NCBI GenBank assembly: GCA_039590175.1
Contig: JBDHFW010000030.1
Location: 1 to 53,779 of the forward strand
Direction of reading: 5' to 3'
DNA from: Gemmatimonadota bacterium
GTDB taxonomy: Bacteria; Gemmatimonadota; Gemmatimonadetes; Palauibacterales; Palauibacteraceae
Length of the DNA stretch: 53,779 nt
Position 1 is the first letter of the stretch. Each line of letters begins with the position of its first letter. A program made the position numbers and the translations under genes. The notes beneath the pieces are model-generated. The model was given only the letters and a program-made list of their open reading frames with translations. It was not told the origin of the DNA and did no database searches. Positions 1-8,016 of this stretch are shown here, in pieces.

Positions 1-33
1 ATGGGCTGAGGAGGCCATGCTCTAGCCGCGCTT

Positions 34-63
34 CCTCTACTTGTACACCTGTACATGTAGAGG
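34..63. promoter_or_regulatory. Inverted-repeat operator with two TGTACA cores
   Basis: cctctacttgtaca-cc-tgtacatgtagagg, arms 13/14 complementary. It lies upstream of a minus-strand ATG at 18 (MASSAH...) that runs off the window. The same core occurs upstream of the antitoxin at 39206. Confidence 0.55.
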
Positions 64-96
64 CTGGCGACCTAGAGAGTCGCTATCTACCGAGCC

Positions 97-1098
97 TTAG
101 GGAAGTTGGGCGCGGCCGAGGTAGTTGGTGTCCGTACCGAACCAGATGGACTGCGTGCGCTGATCGTAGTGCATGTGCCGGACGCTGCCGCCCCCGCTCT
201 CGATCTCGGTCGCAGCGAAGAACTCTCCGGTCGCCGGGTCGAAGCCCACGAAGCGGTTCGGCCTCACGCCAGTCTCGACCATCCACAGGCGATCCTTGTC
301 ATCGACGGCCATCGCGTACGGCCGCGAGGAGGATCCGCTCGGCATCTCCCGCTCCTCGAACCGACCGTTGGCCGGGCTGTAACGGCCGAGAAAGCCCTTC
401 GCGTGGTCGACGTACCAGACGTTTCCATCCGACGTGAGGACCAGGCGGCGCGGCCTCGCATCTTCCCTCGGCAGCGCGATCTCGGACAGCCGCATGGTCT
501 CCGTGTCGACCGTCGCGAGCTTGTGGGTGCCGAAGAGCGCGATCCACGGCCAGCCGTTGCGGGCGGTCACGATGCCGTAGGGCCGCGCGCTCGCCGTCTC
601 CACGGGCAAGATGCGCATCTCGCCGGTCGTCGTTTGCAGGTGCCCGACGACGTTCCCCCTCTGGACGGTGAACCAGATGTTGCCGTCCGGGGCGAACACG
701 AGCGTGTGGGGATCCCCCGCGGGCGGGTCGGGGGTGGCGATCTGCTCGATCTCGCCGGTCACCGGATCCAGCTTCCCGATGTGCGCCGCGCGGTTGCCCG
801 CGTACCAGACGGTCCCATCGGAGTCCACGATGAGATTGTGCGGTCCAGCTCCCTCCGGTAGGTCGAAGCGCTCGAACTCACCTCTGTCAGGATCGAAGAC
901 CGCCGCGTAGTCGCTCCGCTGGCCCACAAACCAGACGCGCCCGTCAGGCGCCACGTATGGGTCCCGCGGCCGGCTCTCCTCGTACGGAACCAGCCATTCC
1001 GTGATTACCACCGTGTCGACGGCGACATAGATGGCCGGAGCAGGAGTGGCGGCGGGCGCGATACCGAGGATCAGGGTGGCGGCAGACACGAGCGTCAT
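97..1098 (-). CDS. Virginiamycin B lyase (Vgb)-like beta-propeller protein, secreted
   Basis: Repeated propeller motifs (RPRDPYVAPDGRVWF, GPHNLIVDSDGTVWY, DPHTLVFAPDGNIWFT, RPYGI, RPRRL) and a hydrophobic N-terminal signal. ATG at 1098 chosen within ORF 97..1140. Confidence 0.85.
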   Translation of the reverse strand: MTLVSAATLILGIAPAATPAPAIYVAVDTVVITEWLVPYEESRPRDPYVAPDGRVWFVGQRSDYAAVFDPDRGEFERFDLPEGAGPHNLIVDSDGTVWYAGNRAAHIGKLDPVTGEIEQIATPDPPAGDPHTLVFAPDGNIWFTVQRGNVVGHLQTTTGEMRILPVETASARPYGIVTARNGWPWIALFGTHKLATVDTETMRLSEIALPREDARPRRLVLTSDGNVWYVDHAKGFLGRYSPANGRFEEREMPSGSSSRPYAMAVDDKDRLWMVETGVRPNRFVGFDPATGEFFAATEIESGGGSVRHMHYDQRTQSIWFGTDTNYLGRAQLP

Positions 1099-1202
1099 GG
1101 GACCGGACCTTTCGCAGGCGTTCTGAGGGTCTAGCTTCACTGAACTACGCGCCGGCCGCCTCGCGGGTCAATCCCGGGCGCCGCGCCGGTCCGCGGGCGC
1201 GA

Positions 1203-1237
1203 GAAAAGGCCCCGACCGCCATGAGGCGGCCGGGGCT
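1203..1237 (-). terminator. Rho-independent terminator after TonB-dependent receptor
   Basis: Minus strand gccccggccgcc-tcat-ggcggtcggggc followed by cttttct. Confidence 0.75.
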
Positions 1238-1269
1238 CGAGCGCAGTCGGGGTCGCGCTCTAGTTGACT

Positions 1270-4200
1270 CTAGTTGAACAGGTAGGCGAAACCGAGCTGG
1301 ATCCTCCAGCGCGAGATCTCGCTCAGGTCATCGACGAACGTCCGGTCGACCATGTTGAAGTTGAAGACGGGATCTTCGCCCTCGGACCCCGGGACCACAC
1401 TCAGCGGGTTTGTCGCCGCGGCAGTCGCCACCTGCCTGACGCCCCAGCTCGAGCTGAGCAGGTTTCCGAAGTTCAGGAAATCGAACACGAGGCGGATTTT
1501 GTGCTCGGCGCCGACCCGTCCGAAGTTGAAGTCCTGCATGATCTTCAGATCGATGTTGGACCAGAACGGGTTCAAGAGCCCGAAGCGCTCGGCGATCTCG
1601 CCTCGATGCTGGCTCAGATAGGGATCCTGCTCGATGAACGCGTCGAACGCCGCCCACTGCTGGTTCGGCGTCACCACGTTTCCCTCGGAGTCCGTGAACG
1701 GAGCGAAGGTGATCTCACTCTGGCTCGCGGGGATGTAGATCATATCGTTGAAATTCGATCCGTCCAGGTTGACGTCCCCCGAGTAGAGGAACGAGTACCG
1801 GTTTCCGCCGGCGCCGCGGAACGCGTTCCCGTTCGCCACCTCGAAGAAGACGCTGAAGCTGGTGGCCAGCAGCCGCGACCACTCCACGGGGTAGGTGACC
1901 GTCCCCACGATGCGGTGCTGCTGCCCGAATTCCGAGTGGGAGAGCTCGGGATTGTTCGGGTCCCCCCTGCCATTTCCGATCGGCATCCCCTGCCAGAAGT
2001 CGCCCGCGATCTCGGTGGACTTCTGGATGTTTCTCGCATCCGTGTAGGAGTAGGCTCCCATGAGCGAGAGACCGAAGTCGAAGGTTCGCTGGAACTGTGC
2101 CGTGAAGTTGAGGTTCCAGCCCTCGCTCGTGTTGCCGATCACGCAGATGCAGCTCCCCGGAAAGATGGAAGCGGGATTCAGCCGCTCCCCATAGACGGGC
2201 CGCCCGTCGACCGAGTTGGTCCCGGTGGACCTCCCCAGATCGTAGTCGAGAATGGTGATCGAGTTGATGTCGTTCCCGTAGATGACCTCGAACGTGCCGA
2301 GAACGTCGCCGGGCATCCTCATGTCGAAGGCGATGTCGGTGACCCACGTCTGCGGCCACTTGAAGTCGGGGTCGAACGCGTTGAGGAAGAAGGACTGCTG
2401 GAGAACGGCGGTGTCACAGCGCGTCGCCGTGCAGCCCGTGCCGGTGATCACCGGAGCCGGGTCCGTCCCACCGCTCCAGATGTTCGGGTTGAAGCCCGGA
2501 TTAGAGATATTGTTGCCGCCCCATACAAACGGGATGCGGCCCGTGAACACGCCCGTGCCGCCACGGATCTGAAACGAGCGGTCCTCGGTCGCGGCCCAGT
2601 TGAAGCCGACCCGCGGTGACCAGAGCACCTTCGTTCCCGGAGTCTGGCTCTGGTCGACGACTACCGACTCGTCATTCGCGTCCAGCGCGATCAGGTCGCG
2701 CGACCACTGGTTATCCACGGGGTCGGTGAGGTATAGCGGCAGGTCGATCCGCAGACCGTACGTGAGACTGAAGCTCGGCGAGACTTCGAACTCGTCCTGC
2801 GCATAGAACGATGCCTGGCCGAAGGTGAAGGTCTCTCCCTTGAGTGGGCACTCGCCCGTATCCGCAAAACACGTCGCGCCCGAATCGATCAACCCGAGGA
2901 AATCGATCGGGTCACTCGGGTCCGTGGCGGCGAAGAAGTCATCCAGCGAAAGGAACCCCCCCACGGCCGGGATGAAGCCGTGCCGGAAGAGGTTGAAGGA
3001 GTTGAAGAAGTTGAACGTCTCGAAGTTCGTGCCGAGGGTGATCGAGTGCCGATTGCTGAAGAAGGTGAAGTTGTCGGTGAACTGGAAGACGTTCTGATGG
3101 AGGATGTTGCTGATCGAGAACGGCTCGTGCCCGATCGAGGTGTACGTGACCCCGTCCACCGCGATCTCGACCGTCGGGAACGGTGCGCTGAACGGATCCC
3201 GGTGATCCCGGAAGCGGTTGAAGCTGACGAACGCCCGGTTCGCCCACCCCGTCGAGCGGCTGTTCAGCTCCAGGGCGAATGAGTTCAGGTTGTTGTTGAT
3301 CGCGTAGCCCGTGTTCTGAAACGGCAGGGAGGTGTCGTTCGGCCCACGACCGGACGCAAAGATGGTGAACACGAAGGGGTGGGGCGGGATCTCTCGCTTC
3401 GCGTCCAGGAAGTTATAGCGGAAGACGAAGTTGTCGCTGGGGCTGATGTTCCAGTCGAGCTTGAAGAGGATCTTGTCGCTTTCCGTGGAGTGGGTGAAGC
3501 CTTCGAAGGGGCCGGTCTCGTACCCGTAGACGTTCATCATGCGCTGCGAGATCTGCTCCATGACCGTCGCGTCTACCCGTGACTCGCCCGGCTCAATGTT
3601 ACCGTCCGTGTCGGCGACGAAGTTGGTGCCCGGGTCGTCCCGCCGGTTGATCTCGCCGTTCGCGAAGAAGAAGAGCTTGTCCTTGATGATCGGCCCGCTG
3701 ATGAGGCCGCCATACTGCCCGAAGCTGAGGTCGGGGTTCGCCACGACCGGATCACCACGGACGTTGTTGCCGAGCAGATCCTGATTCCGGAAGTATCCGT
3801 AGCCTTGGAACTGCCAGTCGTTGGTGCCGCTCTTCGACACCAGGTTGACGCTGGCGCCGGTGAACCCGCCCTGCCGGATGTCGAACGGCGCCACCTGCAC
3901 GCTTACCTGGTCGATCGCCGTGTAGGGAATCGGCTCGGAAGCCGTCTGGCCGCCGGGAGCCGGGTCATCCAGCCCGAACGCGTTGCTGAAGTAGGATCCG
4001 TCCAGCGAGATGTTATTGTAGAGCCAGTTGCGGCCGGCTACCGCGAAGTTCCCGTCCGCCCGTGGATCGACACGGACGAGGTCCCGGAAGCTGCGCCGAA
4101 GGTTAGGCAGAATGTCGACCTGTTCGGACGAGACGAACGTGGCCGCGCCTGTCCGGCCGGCGTTCAGCACCGTGCTCTCCCCTACTTCAACCGCCAGTGC

Positions 4201-4578
4201 TTCCACCTCGATTGCTTCGATCTCGAGTTCGAATGCCAGATGCAGATCCTGACCCAGATCCACGTAGACGCCGACTTCGCTGTCCTCGTTGTATCCAATA
4301 ATGGTGGCGGTGACGGTGTACGGGCCGCCGACCCTCATGTTGGGGATCGTCCAAGCACCCCCGCCCCGGCTGCTTGTCCCGTACGAGGTGCCGCTCGGTC
4401 CGTGGACCGCGACGACGTTGGCGTTCGCGATCGGATTCCCGTCCACGTCGAGAACGAAGCCGCTCATCTGCCCCGTCGTCACCCCCTGGGCGAGTAGCCC
4501 CCCCGTCAGGAAGAGAAGAAGAGCCAGCGTCGCGGCTCCGGCTCGCGTAAGAGATCCCAACCAACTGCGTTCACGCAT
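1270..4578 (-). CDS. TonB-dependent receptor, Oar-like, with N-terminal carboxypeptidase-regulatory-like domain
   Basis: Signal peptide, GVTTGQMSG..PIANANVVAVHGPSG, plug motifs (NNISLDG, APFDIRQGGFTGASVNLVSKSGTN), SPRVGFNW, C-terminal WRIQLGFAYLFN. RBS GGAGGGG precedes ATG 4578. Confidence 0.92.
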   Translation of the reverse strand: MRERSWLGSLTRAGAATLALLLFLTGGLLAQGVTTGQMSGFVLDVDGNPIANANVVAVHGPSGTSYGTSSRGGGAWTIPNMRVGGPYTVTATIIGYNEDSEVGVYVDLGQDLHLAFELEIEAIEVEALAVEVGESTVLNAGRTGAATFVSSEQVDILPNLRRSFRDLVRVDPRADGNFAVAGRNWLYNNISLDGSYFSNAFGLDDPAPGGQTASEPIPYTAIDQVSVQVAPFDIRQGGFTGASVNLVSKSGTNDWQFQGYGYFRNQDLLGNNVRGDPVVANPDLSFGQYGGLISGPIIKDKLFFFANGEINRRDDPGTNFVADTDGNIEPGESRVDATVMEQISQRMMNVYGYETGPFEGFTHSTESDKILFKLDWNISPSDNFVFRYNFLDAKREIPPHPFVFTIFASGRGPNDTSLPFQNTGYAINNNLNSFALELNSRSTGWANRAFVSFNRFRDHRDPFSAPFPTVEIAVDGVTYTSIGHEPFSISNILHQNVFQFTDNFTFFSNRHSITLGTNFETFNFFNSFNLFRHGFIPAVGGFLSLDDFFAATDPSDPIDFLGLIDSGATCFADTGECPLKGETFTFGQASFYAQDEFEVSPSFSLTYGLRIDLPLYLTDPVDNQWSRDLIALDANDESVVVDQSQTPGTKVLWSPRVGFNWAATEDRSFQIRGGTGVFTGRIPFVWGGNNISNPGFNPNIWSGGTDPAPVITGTGCTATRCDTAVLQQSFFLNAFDPDFKWPQTWVTDIAFDMRMPGDVLGTFEVIYGNDINSITILDYDLGRSTGTNSVDGRPVYGERLNPASIFPGSCICVIGNTSEGWNLNFTAQFQRTFDFGLSLMGAYSYTDARNIQKSTEIAGDFWQGMPIGNGRGDPNNPELSHSEFGQQHRIVGTVTYPVEWSRLLATSFSVFFEVANGNAFRGAGGNRYSFLYSGDVNLDGSNFNDMIYIPASQSEITFAPFTDSEGNVVTPNQQWAAFDAFIEQDPYLSQHRGEIAERFGLLNPFWSNIDLKIMQDFNFGRVGAEHKIRLVFDFLNFGNLLSSSWGVRQVATAAATNPLSVVPGSEGEDPVFNFNMVDRTFVDDLSEISRWRIQLGFAYLFN

Positions 4579-4854
4579 TTTTCCCCTCCTCATCTCGATT
4601 GGCAGTCGTACCTCGGAAGCGTCCATCCCACGCGAGTCTTTCGGACTCAAGGGCGTGGCGGTCGCAAGGGGTCGATCGGGTGCGTGGGTTGTGAGTGCGC
4701 TAAGAAAGGGCTGGCGAAGAACGCCGGGGTAAGCGCGCTCTGTACTTCGCTGCGGCTCGGGGGGTCACGCCAAACAACCCGTGCACACTAGTCGTGACGG
4801 GCTCGACGGGCAACCGTCCGTTACGGTGGTGTTACCGCCTCCACGGGGCGCGTT

Positions 4855-5592
4855 TCACGAGCCCGCGCCAAGGGCCTCGGCCAGGCGGACGACGGCGTCA
4901 GGCGAGTCGGCACGATAATCGGGCTCGAGCGACCACTCGGAACCTTCGCTTCGGCCATAATCGGCGCCGACGCTGAGCGCCCGAAACGGCATGCCCCGCC
5001 GCTCCAGCTCTACATTTGCGTTCGCGGCGCACTCGGCGTCGACCTCGTGATCTCCCACATACAGAATAACGCCCTGACCGTCGATGCTGAGACGCTCCAC
5101 GCACAGCAGAAACCCGTCGGGCGCCGGCTTCTGTGCGCGCAGGTGGACCTCCTCGTAGCCGACGACCGCGTCGAAGCGATCTCGGAGACGGTGGCCGTTT
5201 AGCGTCTCGTCGATGTTGCGGCGGCTGTTGGCCGAGAAGATGGCGTGCGGAAGGTGGCCAAGGGCGTCCAGGGCTTCCGGGATGCCGGGCAGGATTGGCG
5301 CAGCCGTGGTCTCGGCAATCTGGAATCCGGTCCACAGCCGCCCGGCCTCATCGATCGTCTCCTCGTCCATGCCGAGCTCGGAGCGGTAGAGGTCACGCCA
5401 GTTGCGCGTGCGCCAGAGCGCCTCCTCGTAGCTCTCGAGCGAGCTCAGCATCGGAATGCGATCCCATGCCCCGCGGAGATGCGTCACAATCCGTCGCGTG
5501 ACGGCGAGGTTCTTCTCTCGCGAGTCGACCAGCGTGTTGTCGAAGTCCCAGACGATAGCTCGAAGCGGAGGCTGCGCGGCGTGCATCCGCAC
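4855..5592 (-). CDS. HAD-superfamily hydrolase (phosphoglycolate phosphatase-like)
   Basis: Motif I WDFDNTLVDS, motif II S, motif III KPAP, motif IV YVGDHEVD. Confidence 0.9.
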   Translation of the reverse strand: MRMHAAQPPLRAIVWDFDNTLVDSREKNLAVTRRIVTHLRGAWDRIPMLSSLESYEEALWRTRNWRDLYRSELGMDEETIDEAGRLWTGFQIAETTAAPILPGIPEALDALGHLPHAIFSANSRRNIDETLNGHRLRDRFDAVVGYEEVHLRAQKPAPDGFLLCVERLSIDGQGVILYVGDHEVDAECAANANVELERRGMPFRALSVGADYGRSEGSEWSLEPDYRADSPDAVVRLAEALGAGS

Positions 5593-5692
5593 AGTATGGG
5601 GCGAAGGTCCGAGAGGAGAAAGAAGGTTGGGAGGAAGCGGCGGGGCGTGGTTAGTCTGGAGGGCGGACTGTGACGGGTCGGAGCGGAGGAGC

Positions 5693-5722
5693 CGGGGCGG
5701 GGCGACGGACGCCCCGCCCGGA
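5693..5722. terminator. Strong GC hairpin downstream of small ORF
   Basis: gggcggggcg-acgga-cgccccgccc, a perfect 10-bp stem with no clear U-tract. Confidence 0.45.
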
Positions 5723-5746
5723 TCAGCGGAGGTTGTTTAGCAGAGG

Positions 5747-5848
5747 TTACACGTTTGTCAACCAGACCATCAGGACTTGCCGGAGGGCGCACCAGGCCGC
5801 GAAGCCCACGCCCACCCGGAACATCTGGTTCATCGCTACCGTTGTCAT
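5747..5848 (-). CDS. Putative 33-aa hydrophobic small protein
   Basis: MTTVAMNQMFRVGVGFAAWCALRQVLMVWLTNV. Purine-rich leader (aaagaagagcgg) and a downstream hairpin; it fills an otherwise empty 600-bp gap. Confidence 0.4.
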   Translation of the reverse strand: MTTVAMNQMFRVGVGFAAWCALRQVLMVWLTNV

Positions 5849-6183
5849 CGACCGCTCTTCTTTATCTTGCTTCTTCCGCGAGTCCGTCCACGGCTGAGAA
5901 GCCATTCTCGACTCTGCCGGCCACATGTAATTCACGCCTCGTACCAGCGCGTGCCAGGTATCGGGAATCGCTATAAGCTATTGTAGTGTATGTACTTCGA
6001 GATCTGTGACGTAGCCTGTGGGCGGAGCTTGGCGAAGACTGAAGTGTGGCGTTGACGCGTCAAAAATGGGGGTCGGAGGGGGCACCCTCCTCGCGGGCGT
6101 AAATCGCGGTGGCCGCGCCACACTCCGGCCCCTGCGGCCCGCTAGGGCCGAGCCTCGGCTGGCGCGTCAGCTGGTCTTGGAGA

Positions 6184-7029
6184 TCAGCTGGTCCTGGAAA
6201 GCAGGCTGTAGCTTCTCAGATGGCGGAGGGCGGCGCTGCGGGCCCCCATTGCCTCGTAGAGACGCGAGAGGTTGTAGTGGGCGTCGGCCAGCTCGGGGTC
6301 CGAAGCGACGGCGCGAAGATAGGCCTCGACCGCCCGCTCCACCTTGCCGAGGTCCTCGAGGACCACGCCGAGATTGAAGGCGGCGGTCGCGCTCCCGGGC
6401 TCGGCGGCGAGGGCCGCTCGGTAATGGCCCTCCGCGGCAGTCAGGTTCCCCTCCTCGTGCAGCAGCCGGCCCAGGTTCAGGTGGGCCCCGGGATGATCCG
6501 GCGCCAGCTCCAGAGCTCGGGTGTAGGCCGCTCGGGCTTCCTCTGGGGACCCCGCCTCGAGCTCGCCGCCGATCTCGAACCAGTCGGCCGGGCCCCGCTC
6601 GGGCTCCGGCTGCCTGCGGTGAGGACTCACCAGGCGAAGCGACCGCTCCTGCTCGAGCGCCCCCGGCTGCGCCCGGAGGCCGTCGCCGAGGCCAAGCACG
6701 TACTGGCCGGACGTGGGCTCCCACGCCGACTCGCCCTCCCGGGCGACGACGTGCCCCGTTTCGGAGCTCATGCGCACGGCGGAGAGGGGCCGTTCGGGAA
6801 GCTGTCGCCTGAGCGCGCGGAGGGCCCTCCCGACCTGCGCGGCCGAGAGATCCTCGGCCTCGAGCTCCGCGGCCATCCGGATGAGCACCAGGTCCTGGAA
6901 GGAAAAGTGATAGCCCCGCGAATCGCGCGGCGCGTCCAGGAGGCCGGCTCGGACGAACCGGCGCACCCGGGCGGGCGTGATGCCCAGCAGGTCAGCTACT
7001 TCTCGCGTTCGATACGTATCGACCATCAC
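6184..7029 (-). CDS. MerR-type HTH plus tetratricopeptide repeat protein
   Basis: N-terminal YRTREVADLLGITPARVRRFVRAGLL...YHFSFQDLVLIR (MerR HTH). C-terminal TPRs (AHLNLGRLLH, AAFNLGVVLE, AHYNLSRLYE). Starts 13 nt after the ku stop. Confidence 0.85.
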   Translation of the reverse strand: MMVDTYRTREVADLLGITPARVRRFVRAGLLDAPRDSRGYHFSFQDLVLIRMAAELEAEDLSAAQVGRALRALRRQLPERPLSAVRMSSETGHVVAREGESAWEPTSGQYVLGLGDGLRAQPGALEQERSLRLVSPHRRQPEPERGPADWFEIGGELEAGSPEEARAAYTRALELAPDHPGAHLNLGRLLHEEGNLTAAEGHYRAALAAEPGSATAAFNLGVVLEDLGKVERAVEAYLRAVASDPELADAHYNLSRLYEAMGARSAALRHLRSYSLLSRTS

Positions 7030-7042
7030 GGCCGACGCCGGC

Positions 7043-7906
7043 TCAGCCTCCGCTCGCCGCCTTCTTGGAGGCCTTCTTCTTCGACCCCGCCCGCTTGGCC
7101 GCCTTTCGAGGCTTGGCGGCCGCGGCCTCCTCTTCCTCGCCGAGACTGGCCTTCAACGCGGCCATCAGATCGATGACCTTGGTCTCGGTCTCGATGGTCG
7201 GCGCGGCCGTGATCTCCTCGCCGGTCTCGATCTTCTCATCGATGAGAGCCATGATCCGTTTGCGGACCTCGTCCTCGTACTTCTCGGGCTCGTATGCCCC
7301 CGAGGCGGCCTGCTCGATGAGCTGAACGGCCAGCATCAGCTCCTCGTCCTTCACGTCGGCCTCGCCCAGAGGGACCTCCGAGAACGGGCGCAGCTCGTCG
7401 GAGTAGTGGAGCTGCTCGAGCAGGAGGCCGTCCTCCACCGGGCGCACGAGCACGAGGTACTGCTTGCCTCGGGCGGCATAGGTGGCCAGAGCGGCGCGCC
7501 CCGTCGTCCTTAGTGCCGCGCTCAGAAGCCGGTAAGCGCGCTCCCCGCCTTTGTCAGGCCCGAGGTAGTAGGCGCGGGAGAGGTGGATCCGCTCCACCTG
7601 CTCCAGCGGGATGAATTCGGCGATTTCGATCGTGTTGGTCGCCACCGCGTTGAGCTGCTTGATCTCGTCGGGCTCGAAGAGCACGTACTGGTCCTTGGCG
7701 TACTGGTAGCCCTTCACGAGGTCGTCGCGTTCGACAAGCTTGTCGTCTTTCGGGCAGTAGTGCTTCTGTTTGACCCGCGAACCGCAGTCCTTATGGATCC
7801 AGTTGAAGGATATGTTGGCTGCGGATTCGGCCACCGAGTACAGGCTGGTGGGTACCGAGACGAGGCCGAATGATATCGTAGCCGAACCGATGGGTCGCAT
7901 AGCCAT
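7043..7906 (-). CDS. ku: Ku protein, NHEJ DNA end-binding
   Basis: RPIGSATISFGLVSVP, LVKGYQYAKDQYV, YYLGPDKGGERAYRLL, KVIDLMAALKASL, basic Lys/Ala C-terminal tail. Confidence 0.97.
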   Translation of the reverse strand: MAMRPIGSATISFGLVSVPTSLYSVAESAANISFNWIHKDCGSRVKQKHYCPKDDKLVERDDLVKGYQYAKDQYVLFEPDEIKQLNAVATNTIEIAEFIPLEQVERIHLSRAYYLGPDKGGERAYRLLSAALRTTGRAALATYAARGKQYLVLVRPVEDGLLLEQLHYSDELRPFSEVPLGEADVKDEELMLAVQLIEQAASGAYEPEKYEDEVRKRIMALIDEKIETGEEITAAPTIETETKVIDLMAALKASLGEEEEAAAAKPRKAAKRAGSKKKASKKAASGG

Positions 7907-8016
7907 CTCCGTCGGGTTTGAAGGCGCCTGTCGCTTCCGGGAGCCCGTAACGCGCTACGGCGTTTGGGCTTTCCGGGCCGCCATAAATGTAATACTCGAC
8001 CGTTCGAGCGGAAGCC

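Noticed and set aside
97-1098. Streptogramin B resistance gene
   Set aside because: The Vgb-like fold is widespread and this copy has a signal peptide. Resistance cannot be inferred from sequence.
1264-2619. Long antisense ORFs (also 8671-10182, 19306-20784, 23091-24455, 37298-38929, 49019-50761)
   Set aside because: Shadow frames opposite well-supported genes, expected at high GC, with no motifs.
4600-4660. GAAA hairpin followed by GGACGC upstream of the TonB receptor, suggestive of a c-di-GMP-I riboswitch
   Set aside because: Lacks the GGCAAA and GACGCAAA elements and the second stem. No cobalamin or TPP signatures either.
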